The translations under genes and the position numbers were made by a program. A DNA stretch of 64,000 bases from Glaucostegus cemiculus (Eukaryota): the NCBI GenBank assembly GCA_976551045.1, contig CDPCPM010000057.1:1364001-1428000 (forward strand). Reading direction: 5' to 3'. This document shows positions 27,000 to 41,275 of this stretch, in pieces. A model generated the notes under the pieces. The model was not told where the DNA came from, searched no databases, and was given only the letters and a program-made list of their open reading frames with translations. Position 1 is the first letter of the stretch, and every line of letters starts with the position of its first letter.

Positions 27000-28010
27000 C
27001 TCATGCCCCTCAGAACCACATTTGTTCCTCTTTCCCCTTCGCACTGCTAGTGTCCAGTCTAATTCACCAGTGCCACTTTTTTGTGACTATTACTATATTT
27101 GACAACATGTCCTTTTATTCCTGAATCTCTCTGAGCATTTGTCACCAAGCATGATTTCATCTGCACTGCCCTCCTTTATGACATTTGTCTAGCCTGGGTC
27201 TGTTATTCCCTGTTGCAATTCACTCAGAACAACTTATTTCCCTATCTCTTGAGGGAGCCCCAAGCTTTCACTGTCATCACTTCATTTCTTTGTTTACATG
27301 CTGTCTTTTAGTGACTTTATCTGTTTGTATGATCAGCTTTTACACAAGTACTGATGATACCCATACCTGCCTCCCTACCATCCTCTCATCAGATTCCTCA
27401 ACCACTACTGTGTTGTTCAGTGTATAAACTGAGGTAATTTTCTTCATTAGCAATTAGTTCCTTTAACTAAACATCAGCTGGACTGAAGCTATGCTATTTG
27501 TCTCCAAGCAAGTATCCATATATTTGTTTCTGGATGCTTTCATCTTCTCCTAAACCTGTTTTGGGTTAATCTTTTCAAAAGCCCCAGTACCTAATCTGAG
27601 CTGTGTTTCAAAATCCACTTTCTCACAAGGCAATTTATTTTGCATTTTGAAACCCCACCCACTTTAATCCACACTTCACCATCCATTGCTATAGAAATGC
27701 TTATTAAAACCATATTCAATATTCTGCCGAGTTTCACCACCAATTTAAAATGATCCAGAACTCCACTGCCCATATACAACTCACTCTGGCCTCATTTTCA
27801 GATCACACCTCCCTTCACTTTCAGTGCCAGAGCCATCAATCATGTCAACCCTGCTCTTCCACCTCCCCCCCCCCCCCAGTTGTGAGCTTACCTTGTGCCA
27901 TTAAGTGCCTCCTTAAAGCCTCTCTCTACATATGTAGTCTTCAGTCAAAACCCTCAGCCCTATTCCCAGTATTGCTAGTCTAGTTAGTTAACTGGTGTAC
28001 TTTGTTACAT
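27000..28010 (+). mobile_element. L2-like LINE RT remnant
   Basis: TDDTHTCL is YADDTQLY-like; ttcctttaactaaacatcagctggactgaagct is FL.LNI..TEA-like; aaaatgatccagaactccactgcc. Confidence 0.5.
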
Positions 28011-28399
28011 CAAAAGTTGCTACAAAAATCTACCTGTGATGATAATGTATTCAATAATCAGGGTATCACAGCTGGTCTTGATTCTGTCCTTGCATAATAT
28101 TATCGCTACACAGAAGTAGAGTCTGCTGGTTTGCAATGTACATTGGAAACTCTTGCCTGATTTTTAGCTCCTCTTCAGCTAACACTGTATAGACAGATTG
28201 AATCTGGGACCTTGCTGGTTTGGTTCCAGATTTGTGTGCTGTTCTCCAACACGAGCATACTTTACTTTAACGAGAACAAAATGCATACTTTTTGTAAAGA
28301 GTGTGACGTTATACACTGCTCCCAAATTATATTTGAAGTTCACCCAGAAATAACTACCATATTGATTTGATTATCCAGGAGTGCTTTTGACATGCATTA

Positions 28400-28666
<267 letters not shown>

Positions 28667-28917
28667 TTAATCCATTTATCAAGGTTTTCACTAACAATTT
28701 TCTTTTCTTTCTGTCTTTTTCATTGTTTGACATTCATTTGTAAGGTGCAATCAAGGAATCATTTCTTAATATTATGTCAAATAGTTTTCAACTAAGACAA
28801 AAACAGTACTTTATTTTTGAGCACTATTAATTAAAGCATTCACAAGCTTGGCATGTTTTATACCATGATATATTTTTTTTAAAATATGCTACGTGTAAAT
28901 ATACACATTGCATATTG

Positions 28918-30398
28918 TGCAGGTGCGGTGCCGGAGGACTGGAGGGTAGCTCATGTTGTTCCATTGTTTAAAAAAAGGCTCTAAAAGTAAACCAGATAAT
29001 TACAGGCCAGCGAGCCTGACATCAGTGGTAGGTAAATTATTGGAAGGTGTTCTGAGAGATTGGGTATACAAATATTTGGACGGCCGAGGGCTGATTAAGG
29101 ATAGTCAGCATGGCTTTGTGCTTGGCAGATCACTTTTAACGAATCTTGTAGAGTTTTTCAAGGAGGTTCCCAAGAAAGTAGATGAAGGAAAGGCTGTGGA
29201 TGTTGTCTACATGGACTTTAGTAAGACCTTTGACAAGGTCCCACATGGGAGGTTAGTTCAGAAGGTTCAGTCACTAGGTATCCATGGAGAGGTTGTAAAC
29301 TGTATTCGAAACTGGCTGTGTGGGAGAAGACAGAGAGTGATAGTGGATGATTGTTTCTCAGACTGGAGGCTTGTAACTAGTGGTGTGCCTCAGGGATCTG
29401 TGCTGGGGCCATTGTTGTTTGTTGTCTATATCAATGATCTAGATGTTAATGTGGTAAACTGGATTGGCAAGTTTGCTGATGACACTAAGATTGGAGGCAT
29501 TGTGGACAGCAAGGAAGACTTTCAAAGCTTGCAGAGGGTTCTGGGCCAGCTGGTAAAAATGGGCCAGAAAAGGGCAGATGGAATTTAATGCAGACAAGTG
29601 TGAGGTGTTGCATTTTGGAAAGACAAATCAAGGTAGGACATACACAATAAATGGTAGGGCACTGAGGAATGCGGAGGAATAAAGGGATCTGGGAGTTCAG
29701 ATACATAATCCCCTGAAAGTGGCGTCACAGGTAGACAGTGTTGTAAAAAAGGCTTTTGGCATCCTGGCATTCATAAATCGAAGTATTGAGTATAGGAGCT
29801 GGGATGTTATGGTGAGGTTGTATAAGACATTGGTGAAGCCAAATCTGGAGTATTGTGTGCAGTTCTGGTCACCTAGCTATAGGGAAGATATCAGTAAGAT
29901 TGACAAGAGTGCAGAGAAGATTTACTAAAATGTTGCCAGGTCTTCAGGAGTTGAGTTGCTGGGAAAGATTGAACAGGTCAGGACTTTATTCCTTGGCGTG
30001 CAGAAGAATGAAGGGAGATTTGATTTCCCTTCATTCAAGGAAGAATGTGAGGGGTATAGACAGAGTAAATGCAAGTAGGCTCTTTCCACCTAGATTAGGA
30101 GAGATAAGTACAAGAGGACATGGCTTTAGGGTAAAAGGGGAAAGATTTAGGGAGAACATTTAGGAGGAAGTTCTTCACTCAGAGAGTGGTGGGAGTGTGG
30201 AATGAGCTGCCATCTGACGTGGTAAATGTGGGCTCACTCTTAAGTTTTAAGAATAAATTGGATAGATACATGGATGGGAGAGGTCTGGAGGGTTATGGAC
30301 TGGGTGCAGGTCAGTGGGACTAGCAGAAAAATGTTTCGGCACAGACTAGAAGGGCTGAATAGCCTGTTTTCTGTGCTGTAGTGTTCTATGATTCTATA
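28918..30398 (+). mobile_element. 5'-truncated CR1 LINE in NTMT2 intron 1
   Basis: ORF 28953..29588 NYRPASLTSVVGK...YMDFSKTFDKVPH...[13 protein letters not shown]...FADDTKIGG; 3' tail tgtgctgtagtgttctatgattcta. Confidence 0.93.
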
Positions 30399-31699
30399 TT
30401 TTTTAAATATCTAAGATTGTTCTAAATGACTCTTCATAGTCTATCAACACACCATGTTCAATTTTACCTACAATTACTACAAGTAAAAAACTTTATTAGT
30501 CCTTTATTTCCCAGTGAAAATAGTTGGGAAAAAGATTTTTGGACAATAAGATATATGATGTAGTTTCAAATAATCAAAAACATGATTTTCCCCTTAGCTT
30601 CAATCAAAAGTGAATGTTTGGTGTTCAACAGTTAAGGACCAAAGACATTAAAAGTTTAGCATTTGACATGTTATTTGGCAGTGATTTATCACCCAGCACC
30701 TCCATCTCCACATGTCTGTTTTTCTAAAGAGGGTGTTTCTCTGAGCTCATTTTTGGAGCTTTTGTTTTTTTCTCCATGTGTGAGCTTGTGGAATCTGCCA
30801 TCAAAATAGGATTGCACCATCAATTCACATAGGAACACCACATGTAATCACCCATTTGGTGTTGGCAGGGCTCTTGTCCTTACACAATGTTTATCTGTTA
30901 AAAGTGAACCAAACAAACTTAGCTTCTGAATATGTATTTGTTTTGTTTTACATTTCTCTGTCACTTAATTTGGATCTGAACGACTAAAAGTTGTCCACAA
31001 TGGAGATAGGTGAGCGGAAATTTTGGTAGTGGTTCTACAGTAAACTGCATTATAGTGGGGGTTTGCATTCATAATTCTCTATTAGGCAATCAAATTACTA
31101 TTCTTTACTATGCTGTCAGGATAGAGGTACTAAATGAAGACCAGATGTTCTTGTACATCTTGTAAAAACTAACTACAAGCAGAATTTGCGGAGACCTTGG
31201 GAGCTGCCCTTGTCTACCATATCACTCAGTAAATGGTTCACTGCTTGGGCCAAAAGGATTAAACACAGGAGAAGAAAATATATAATAACTGAGGGCTGAG
31301 AGTATTATGAGAAAAATATCAGAGACAATTATTAGCAGTGTCACTGCCTTGAGTCTGTTCAAAAGAATGGTAAATTTTATGTCCTCTTTCAACACCATGC
31401 AAATGTTTCCTGTATGAGATTTTGAGGACAAAGTTTGAGTATGTACAGTGTTTTTTAAAATGTTTCTAAAGCAGCTTGAGTAAAATAATTGCTAGGAGTC
31501 CAAATTCTGCTTTAATATTGGAATTTGCAAGTATGATAGTCTGTTGGAGAAATTGGATGTTAGTGGAAATGTATGCTGGAATCTGCTGCATGAATACATT
31601 TGATGATATAGTCTGTTGTATACTCTGATGATATTGTCAAATTGTTTTGTTCAACCACCACCAACCGTGATGTTTGATGGATTAGTACACATTGTGGAG

Positions 31700-32570
31700 A
31701 CAAAATCCTGTTATCACAGTGAAAGTGCATTCATTGGGTCCTGTGGCACTACCACCATTGGTAAATGGGGCAGATTGCAATCAGATCTAGCAACTCAGGT
31801 CTGGGCATGCATGAGGCATTGCAGGGCATCAACAGCAGCAGAACTGTATGCAACCACAATCAGCAACCTCATGGCCCGGCAAATGGGAACATGAGAGAAA
31901 AAACTCTACCAGAGTCACTAGCTCCTGACCTCATTTCAGCTGTCGTCCAAACGTAGACAAGAAGTGAAGTGAGAGTAACTGCCCTTGACATCAAGGGAGC
32001 ATTTGATCAATTATCAAGGAAACCTGGCTAAACTGGGGTCCTTGGTTGAAATCCTACCTAGCACAAAGGAAGATGGTTATTATGGTTGGAGGTCAATCAT
32101 CTCATCCACGGGACATCTGTGCTGGAGTTCCTCAGGGTAGTGCCCTCAGCCCAATCATCTACAGCTGCTTCATCAATGACTTTCCTTCATTCATAAGGTC
32201 AAAAGTAGGGACATTCGCTGATGATTGCACAATGTTAAGCACCATTTGCAACTTCTTAGATAATGAAGCAGACACATATAAATGCATCAGGACCTGGACA
32301 ATATCTAGGCAAGTAACATTTGTGCCATGTAAGTGTCAGGCAGTGACTCCATCCAACAAAACAAAATCCATCTTCCACCCCCTGACATTGAATGGCATTA
32401 CTATTACTGAATCCCCTTCAGGTCAGGAGTGTGATGGAATACTCTCCACTTGTCTGGATGAGTGCAGCTTCAACAACACTCAAGAAGCTCAGCACCATAC
32501 AGGACAGAGTAGCCCACTTAATAAGCACCCCATCCACAACCATTCACACACTCCGCTACCAACGCACAGC
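31700..32570 (+). mobile_element. CR1-clade LINE RT fragment (second family)
   Basis: ORF 32046..32594 SYLAQRKMV...GVPQGSALSP...FINDFPS...FADDCT. Confidence 0.8.
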
Positions 32571-33590
32571 TACAGAGAAAGTGCATTGCAATAAGGTGCA
32601 AGGTCACAACAAGGTAGATCGTGAGGTCAGAGTCCATCTCATTGTATAAGGGAACCATTCAGTAGTCTTATCACAGTGGGATAGAAGCTGTCCTTAAGTC
32701 TGGTGGTATGTGCCCTCAGGCTCCTGCATCTTCTACCTGATGGAAGAGGAGAGAAGAGAGAATGACCTGGATAGGTGGCATCTTTGATTATGCTGGCTGC
32801 TTCGCCCAGGCAGCGAGAGGTAAAGACAGAGTCCAAGGAGGGGAGGCTGGTGTCCGTGACACACTGGGCTGTGTCCACAACTCTCTGCAGTTTCTTGCGG
32901 TCCTGGGCAGAGCAGTTGCCATACTAAGCCGTGATGCATCCAGATAGATGCTTTCTGTGGTGCATCGATAAAAGTTGGTGAGCGTCAAAGGGGACATACC
33001 GAATTTCTTTTGCCTCCTGAGGAAGTAGAGGCGCTGGTGAGCTTTCTTGACTGTGGCATTCACTTGATTTGACCAGGACAGGCTATTGGTGATGTTCACT
33101 CCCAGGAACTTGAAGCTCTCAACCCTCTCGACCTCAGCACCGTTGATGTAGACAGGTGCTTTACACTGCCCCCTTTCCTGAAGTCAATGACCAGCTCTTT
33201 TGTTGACATTGAGGGAAAGGTTGTTGTCATGACACCATGCCACTAAGCTCTCCATCTTCTTCCTGTACTCTGACTCATCGTTGTTTGAGATACGGCCTAC
33301 AACAGTGGTATCATCTGCAAACTTGTAGATGGAGTTAGAGCAGAACCTGGCCACACAGTCAGGAGTATATAGGGAATAGAGTAGAGAGCTGAGGATGCAG
33401 CCTTGTGGGGCACCAGTGCTGAGACTAATCCTGCCAGAGGTATTGCCGACTATCCTCACTGATTGCAGTCTGTTTATTAGAAAGTCAAGGATCCAGTTAC
33501 AGAGGGAGGTGTTGAGTCCCAGGTCTCAGAGTTTGGTGATGAGTTTGCTTGGGATTAGAGTATTGAAGGCAGAGCTGTAGTCAATGAACA
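32570..33590 (-). mobile_element. Rex1/Babar-like LINE 3' part
   Basis: ORFs 33184..33459 ([17 protein letters not shown]...[10 protein letters not shown]), 32788..33099 and 32639..32878. Confidence 0.9.
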
Positions 33591-33599
33591 TTGATCTCA

Positions 33600-33905
33600 A
33601 GACTTGGATTCCAATTCTACTACAACTGTTAGCGAATTCAAATCCAAATAATTAAATTCTGGAATTAAAGAGCTAGTGTCAGTAATGATAAATATGAAAT
33701 GACTGGATTCTTGTAAAAACCCACCAACTTCACTAATCAAGGATACAAATCTACTATCTTTACCCAGTCTGGGCTCTATGTGATTCCAGACCCACCAATG
33801 TGGTTGACTTTTACTTGCCTCCTCAGTTTAGGGGCAATTAGAGGCACACTAAATGCTGGCATAGCCAGCAAAATCCATATCTTGTGAATGAATACATTAG
33901 AAGAA
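33600..33905 (+). mobile_element. SINE with LINE-derived tail
   Basis: tgtgattccagacccaccaatgtggttgact...ggggcaattagaggcacactaaatgctggc; the tail resembles the reverse complement of 44740-44800. Confidence 0.5.
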
Positions 33906-35168
33906 AAAATTGGAGTGTGAAATGCCCAAGGGTAACAGTTATTTTGTTTTGCATATCTAACATCTGTCTAGACATAAAGTTGAGTGGGGCCAAGTTTTTC
34001 TGAACCACACAATCCAACTTAAAACATTATTGAAAATTGTTAACTTGATATAAGTTGCAAGAATTAAGTGATTTTTGTTTCAGGTTGTTTGAATGCCTGC
34101 TGCTCTAAAGCATATATGACCCTTAAGAGACAGAAAAGCATTGACTAGCATTCAGCAGAAGCTTGGAAACCACCAGTGTAGTTTTAAACACTTGTGCATA
34201 GCCTGTGCTGTTGCAACCACCCATGCAGAAGCAGGCTTTCACAATGTCAATGAAACCTGGTTTTGTGAGTACTTATGTGAGCAAGTCTCAGACTGGATCG
34301 GAGAACCTCTTTGACTTTCCTTCAAGAACTCACTCTACAAAATGTCAGTCTAAGTTGCACTGACTGATTTAAAAACAATCAGTTTTGGGTATTTCGGAAA
34401 AGATCCCAAGGATTAGGCAAGGATTCCTCAAAATAAACTGTTTTAACCCTCCTACCCACCCCAAAAATAATGACATCTTTGTTTTATTGACAGTATTTCC
34501 AGATATTTAAGATCTCAAAAATTGCCGTAATTGTTATGCATTCTTGCTGTTTTTATGGTTTTGGTGGTGGGTCATAGTGTAGAGTTGTCATAGTTACAAA
34601 CCATCTATATTTTTAGACAATAAACCAATGGAGACATTGGCAGGATCACTTATTTTTATGTGAAAATAAGAAGGGTTGACTCTCAAGACATTATCAGCAT
34701 TTTAAAAAATACTTTCTGAAGCTGTTCCCAGATCTAGAAATACCCATTTGATTCATTCGATTTTACTTTCCTTGACTGTTACTTATGTAATGCACCTTTG
34801 TGAACTGAATTTCTTGCATATTGGCAGGATCTCATGCCAATATATTTAATGTAACAATAAAAAAATCAGAAATATTACTTTTAACTTTACCAGTCTTGAA
34901 GGGCCTTTTCTAGACATTTTTAATTTGGAAGTGGAATTTAACTTATATTCAATAGACTCCATCACATTGTAAATTGCACCCAAGCTTTCCTTGGCCACAC
35001 ACAAAGCCAAAGAATAAGGTGAATCTTATTGGTTTGTGTAATTGGTGTAAAGACCTAACCTATGCTGTTGTACACCATGCCATTTACAGGTTGTATATTA
35101 TTTGTTAGTCAATATTTCTGACTGATCCACAAATGATTCTATTGAAAACTATACATTTTGTGCAATTA

Positions 35169-35338
35169 AAAACAAAAAAATGCTGGAAATACTCAGCAGG
35201 TCATGCAGCATCTGTAGAACAAGAAGCAGTCAATGTTCTAGTTCCTTTTTCCACAGATGCTGCCCGACTTGCTGAATTTTATCCAGTATTTTTTATTTTT
35301 GCTTCAGATTTCCATTATTTGCAATTTTTTTGATTTTT
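35169..35338. mobile_element. Short fold-back element with about 18-bp TSD
   Basis: tgctggaaatactcagcaggtcatgcagcatctgt...acagatgctgcccgacttgctgaattttatccagta; flanks atacattttgtgcaatta (35151-35168) and atatattttgagcaatta (35339-35356). Confidence 0.7.
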
Positions 35339-35764
35339 ATATATTTTGAGCAATTATTTATTCAATATTATATATAGGACATTATAAATTTTACATATTA
35401 ATTTGACTCTTTTACACACTTATAGACTGTACTGATCTCTACCCAGGTATAATACTTGAGTCTTCTAGTTAAACTGCTCCTTCAGCAAAGTTATTTTCAT
35501 GCATGTGAGAGTTTGAAGCAAACGAGTGACCTATTTTGTAAAAAGGATAATTGTTCTCATGTGATATCAATAAGTCAGAAATAACCGTGATGAATTCCCT
35601 AGATATGGCAATAAGCTTGAATCTGATACTATCCAGTAAATTACTGGTTCTAATAAATGAAAACAAAAATGAAAATAAATGATTCCTGAACCATGGATAC
35701 TAACAACTAATTACAGTTTTTAATAGATTAATATTTCTGTACCACGGCAGATGTCTGGGAGTAA

Positions 35765-35920
35765 CTTACAGTGGCCAATTCTGCAAGATATGAGAGAAAA
35801 CCAGTGATCTGGCAGAAACCTAAATGACTGCAGTCAGAACATGTAAACTCCACACAGACAGCACCCAAAATCAAGATCAAACCCTGGTCTCTGGACCAGT
35901 TACTGCTGCATTACTGTACC
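35765..35920 (-). mobile_element. V-SINE fragment
   Basis: gaacatgtaaactccacacagacagcaccc is the reverse complement of the V-core. Confidence 0.6.
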
Positions 35921-37339
35921 ATATTATAACTCTGCATACTTCAGACGACACGATCAAACTGATGTTAACCTCAGTGGCAGATTGACTGAAGTAAAGGCAG
36001 ATGGGAACAACAGCAGAAGAAGGCTGTTGTTATTTTGGACAGCCAGTCAGGTTGGAGTCTTAGATGAGTATCAGTTTGAGGTGAAGCTGCACCCTGAAGC
36101 TATAGACTGTCCAAGGGAGCAGAGTTTGTGGTAGGGACAATGGTTTTGGCCTTCCATTGGTTAACTAGGGGAAATGATACTTCAATGCTGATATCAGACA
36201 AGCAATATGAGAATATAGATGCAGTTGGAGAAAATAAACAAAGTAGTCAAAAGGTACAAGTGGACATTGTCAATGTATAAATGAAAACTGTGCCTGTATT
36301 GCCGATAGTGTCACCAATGAGCTACATGTGGATGAGGAGGAAGAATGGCCAATAGACAAGAAATCACTGTTGGAGATTCTCTGGCTGTATAAGAATAGAA
36401 GACACACAAATCAAAATACAGGCTGGTATTACAGGAATTAAGGAATAGAGTTACAGTATATAAGGTTCTGACAAGAATGCATTGCTGAAGCAGAAAATTA
36501 ACTATGATCTTAGTGACTGGCAGAGTAGGCTCAAAGGGCTAAACAGCCTACTCCTGCTCCTGCTACTTCATTTGTTCTATTGTTAGCAACCACTCTAAAA
36601 GCTGCAAGAGGCTGGGGTGGGGGGGGGGGCGGTGTGGTGTGGTGGTGGGCATGTACAGGGAGGGAAATTGCTCTCGGGTCACTGTCACAGAGATTATCTG
36701 CATCCATGCTGATCAGAGTGGTTGAAGATGGGAATTGTGTAGGAAAGGACACAAGGTCCTTGGAAAAGTAGGTGGGTCAAAGATGGATTTGTTTAGAAGC
36801 AGGTAACAATAAAGAAAGTTATGGACTGGCGAAGAGGGAAACTACTTATAATGCTAATTGAAATGAAGGCTAAGAAGGGAAGTTGAATGGCTTGAATGTT
36901 TGAGAAAGCATGAGGTAGATCTCATGGAAAAGATGAATGGATGAAGTGTAGAAACAAAATAAAAGAATGGTTTAGTGGTATTGTGGAGGAAGGTTCTAGG
37001 AGATTTTTGAATATAGGAGTATGGGTAAGCTGTTTAGACCTTTGGGCCTATTCCATCATTCAGTAAAACCATGGCTAATCTGTGACCTAATTTCATCCAG
37101 TGTTCCACTTCCCTGAACACCTTTGATAAACAGAAGTCAATCAACTTTGGACAAAATTAACAAGTAACCAATCATCTTCTGATAGTTGTAAGTGAGGGAT
37201 CCAAATTTCCACCATGTTCTATTTGTTGAAATATTTCCTAGCTTCACTCCTATAAGACCCGGCTCTCATAGATTCTGCCTCTGAGCCCCAGATACCTCAT
37301 CATTTCCTCAATCAAAGTACCTTGTTGCCTTAATTCCAG

Positions 37340-37640
37340 GAATAGATATCTTTATCTTGTTTGGTCATATATACATCGAAACACACAGTGAAATGCATCT
37401 TTTGCAGTAGAGTGTTCTGGGGGCAGCCCACAATTGTCACCACACTTCTGGCACCAACATAGCATGCCCACAACTTCCTAACCCATATATTGTTGGAATG
37501 TGGGAGGAACTGGAGCTCTCGAAGGAAATCCATGCAGACACAGGGAGAACGCACAAACTCCTTACAGACAGTGGTTGGAATTGAACCCAGGTCACCGGTG
37601 CTGTAAATCGTTATGGTAACCACTACACTACTGTGCCTAC
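37340..37640 (-). mobile_element. V-SINE, tail type A
   Basis: Reverse complement of the 19014 and 58617 copies. Confidence 0.8.
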
Positions 37641-37779
37641 CTCAGTGCCTGTAATCTTCCCTCATCATTTAATTCCTGGAGTCCAGAAATTATTCCAATA
37701 AAGGTTTGCTGAAGCCCAATGACCTTCCTCAGATTTGATAACCAGAACTGCTCACAATACTTCAGGTACAGTCTAACCT

Positions 37780-38200
37780 AGGATGATTTTAGGTAGGAGA
37801 AAAGGTTGGGAGGGATGGGTAGAATGAAGGCAATATCTTTGATTTGAGAGTGGATGACTTAATGAGGCAGTAAAGTAGCAGTTAAGATTAGATTAAGCTT
37901 CTTTGTTGCATCAGTAAGGAAGTAGGTTGTGCCCCACAGTCCATATTATGCATAAAAAAGAAGTGATGACAGGCAGAAATGGCCAGTTCTGATCAAGACA
38001 GAAAGAAAGAGAAAGTTGCTTAAAGTGTGAGCATTCAGCATTGAGTTCTGAAGGATGAAATGTGCCCAGATGGAAGATGAGCTATTGTTTGTTGAGCCTG
38101 TGTTGGGTCATAATTGTGCAGGAAGCACCAGACAAAACTGTCAAAATGGGGGTGGGATGATGAACTAAAGTGGCAGGCAACCAGTTCGGGAGCAAAAAAA
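37780..38200 (-). mobile_element. Penelope-like 3' ORF remnant
   Basis: gcattgagttctgaaggatgaaatgtgcccagatggaagatgagctattgt, similar to 10400-10460. Confidence 0.5.
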
Positions 38201-38367
38201 CCTGTAACCTTGTGCCAATTATTTCTAAAGGGGAGGAGACAAAAAGAGGTTTAGAGAAGCTGTTGGAGATAAAGAAAAGGAATCCAGAACTTGTGATGGA
38301 TGCACGTCCAAACTGGTTGTACTTCAGATATGGTCAAGTATTTATCATCTCAGCTTGAGAGAGTGAA

Positions 38368-39650
38368 GAACATAAGAATGGAAGTTGGAGGGGGCTTTGC
38401 CCCTTGCCTCTGCTCTGTCATTCAGTAACTTTTACCTCAGCACCACTTTCCTGCACTAACCCTATATCCCTTGGTTCTTTGACATCCAAAAATCAATCAA
38501 TCTTTGCCTTGAATGCACTCAGTGACTGAACCTCCACAGCCCTCTGGAATAGAAAATGTATGTTTCACTATCCATTTTATGAAGGAATTTTTGTTTGTCT
38601 CAGCCCTAAATGGTCAATCCCATATTTTGCGCCTCTGACACCACAGCCAGGGGAAACATCATCTCTGCATCTACTCTATCAAGCCCGATAAGAATTTTGT
38701 ATGTTTCATTAATATTGCATCCCATTTTTCTGAACTCTACTGAATACAGGCCCAGTCTGCCTAAACTCTCCTCATGGGTCAATCCTGATTTTCCACAAAT
38801 TAATCAGATGAACCTTTGTTGCACTCCCTCTATCACAAGTATATCCTTTCTTAAAAAGGGAGATTAGAGATATTTGTATATTCCATGTGTGGTCTCACAA
38901 GGGCTCCATATAATTGAAGTAAGATGTCTCTCCACGTGTACTCAAATCCTTCAGGGATAAAGGTCAATACACTGTTTGCCCTCCTAATTGCTTGCTGAAC
39001 CTGTATGTAAACTTTCAGTGATTTGTATACAAAGATACCCAGGTCTCTCTGAACATCTGCACCTTTCAAATTTTCACCATTTAAAGAATAACTTATGTTT
39101 CTATTTTCTCTACCAAAGTGGACGATCTTATGCTTTTCCATATTATATTCTATCTGTCGGATCACCCATCCACTTGAGTTGACTATAACCCCTTGAAGCC
39201 TCTCTGAATTCTCCTCACAACCCACAATGGTACCCAGCTTTTTGATGATATATCACATGTGATTCCTTCATTCAAATTGTTGATATGGGTGGTGGATACC
39301 TGGAATCCCAGCTCTGCTCCCTGTGGCATCCAACCCAAAAATGACCCATTTGTTCCTACTTACTGTTACTCGGTCCAGGCCTGTATATTATCCCCAACCC
39401 CATGTGGTCTAATTTTATTCAATAACTTCTTATGTTGTGCTTTCTCAAAAGCCTTCTGTAAGTGCAAACATACACATCAACTGGTTTTCCATTTAATTGT
39501 CAGATTCAATAATACAAACAGATTACTGGCTTTACATAAATTCATGCTGACTCTGCCCAATCCAACCAATATTTTCTGGTGCCCTGCAACCACATGTAAG
39601 GCTAATTGGTCTATAGTTCCCTATATTCTTTCTCCCTCCTTTCTAAATTA
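38368..39650 (-). mobile_element. Old CR1 LINE 3' part
   Basis: ORF 38851..39225 VQRDLGIFVYKSLKV...LLQLYGALVRPHMEY. Confidence 0.8.
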
Positions 39651-39931
39651 GTAGGGAAAAATGTGTGGAGAAATAGTGGGGAGAATGTGTTACCTTTTTG
39701 GGGGTTGAATGAGGGTAGATTGGAGAAAAAAATTATCTTTTGTCTTTCTTAAAATTTATAATTTGATCTGATAAATCTTGTGATTACTGGACCAGGTAAA
39801 AGGCTGGATAAGCTGTGGCAAATGGGTTATGTTCTGACTATCCAAGGGCTCTGCATTACCACAAAAGAATAAAACTTCATTTTTCCTGGCAACACTCAAT
39901 TCTTAAGAATAAAAATTAATTAATCGTTAAG

Positions 39932-40157
39932 CAAAAGACAAGCTGCTGGAAGAACTCTGAGTCAGGCTGCAAGTGTGGAAATAAAGGGATAGTCAATGTT
40001 TCAGGTTGAGACTCTGCATCAGAACTGAGAGTGCAGAGGGGAGGTAGCCTATGTAAAGAGGTTGTTACCTCCAATAGATGCTGCCTGACACGCTGAGTTC
40101 CTCTCGCAGCTTGCTTTTTGCTTCAGATCCCAGCATCTTCAATCTCTTATGTCTCCA
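39932..40157. mobile_element. Short fold-back element with 14-bp TSD and degenerate hammerhead (39991-40026)
   Basis: Arms aagctgctggaagaactctgagtcaggctgca and tgctgcctgacacgctgagttcctctcgcagctt; flanks aattaatcgttaag (39918-39931) and aattaatcattaag (40158-40171). Confidence 0.72.
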
Positions 40158-40514
40158 AATTAATCATTAAGTTTACTTACAAGTAAAGAGGTTCATGTTT
40201 TCTAGCTTATGTCATCATTTACACAAAACAAAACTGATCTTCCTTCACCATGAGTTTCCACTTTTCTATTTGAACCAATATAATTATGGTTAGCACAAAT
40301 ATATATTTCCCTATCTTTTTCCTTCTGAGCTTCAGATACATACTTTTCCTTGACATTTCAGTGTGATCTGTCTCCTACTCATAGACTTTAAAAGAATTTA
40401 ACTTGCAGTTCCTGATCTCTCTCAAGCATCCTTTTCTCCCACAATCTACAAACTTTTAAAGCATATTCAATCTATGTTAATCAGTAATTCTTGCCAAACA
40501 CCTCTTCTCTTACA

Positions 40515-41275
40515 AAATACTGGAGCTGCTGGAAACGTGAAATAAAAACAGAAAATGATGAAAATATTCAGGAGGCCAAGGAGTATCCGTAAGAAAGAAA
40601 CAGAATTTTCCTAAAATACAATTGTTTGCTAAACTTCCTCCCTCCCCACTGACTGAAAGGGTTCTTTTTCATTTTCCCAGTTCTTCCATAATTTCACCAT
40701 GTATGCCAATGCATTCTATTTGTTTTCCTTTATCTTCAACCTAGGATTTCCCTTCATTATGGTTGACGGGCCTCTTAATCATATCTGTTCCATTTCTCAT
40801 CTTTCTGCTCTTTCCTTTTCTCCTCCCTCCCAGAATCACAAGCTTTACCCTTGTTCTCACCATTCACCCCACAAGCCTTCACATTAGACAGATAACCTCT
40901 GCTATTTCGGCCACCTCATACATAATGTCTCATGTCTCCATTAATCACATCTTTATCTACACATTCAGCATTCTGAATGGACTGTTCCTTCCATAAGACC
41001 CTGGTTCACTTCTCAAAAATGTTCCCACCTCCCACCAGAATCTTTTGCTTCCCACCTACCAATTGCAAGCATTGCAAGCATTGCATTGCAAGTCATGCAA
41101 TGTCTGCTTTTTTACCTTATTCTATGCACCCACAGGTGAATCAGTGATCTTCTTGTACTTACTCCAAAGTACTACATTATATGGTCTGATCTCTTCTACA
41201 CTGGGGAAACCCAACATATAGACTGCTTTTCAAAATGCCACTTCCACCCAAGCTCCCAAATTCCTGGTAATCGTC
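40515..41275 (+). mobile_element. Penelope-like remnant (pLTR arm plus degraded ORF)
   Basis: Arm tgctggaaacgtgaaataaaaacagaaaatg; later ttctacactggggaaacccaac is (I)GET, GIY-YIG-like. Confidence 0.45.

Noticed and set aside
36610-36670. G-rich tract with G-quadruplex potential (similar poly-G/C at 3620 and 27862)
   Set aside because: Simple low-complexity runs, mostly within old repeats; no evidence of function.
41061-41100. Short (TTGCAAGCA)n tandem repeat
   Set aside because: Local slippage inside a degraded Penelope-like remnant; no spacers, so not CRISPR-like.
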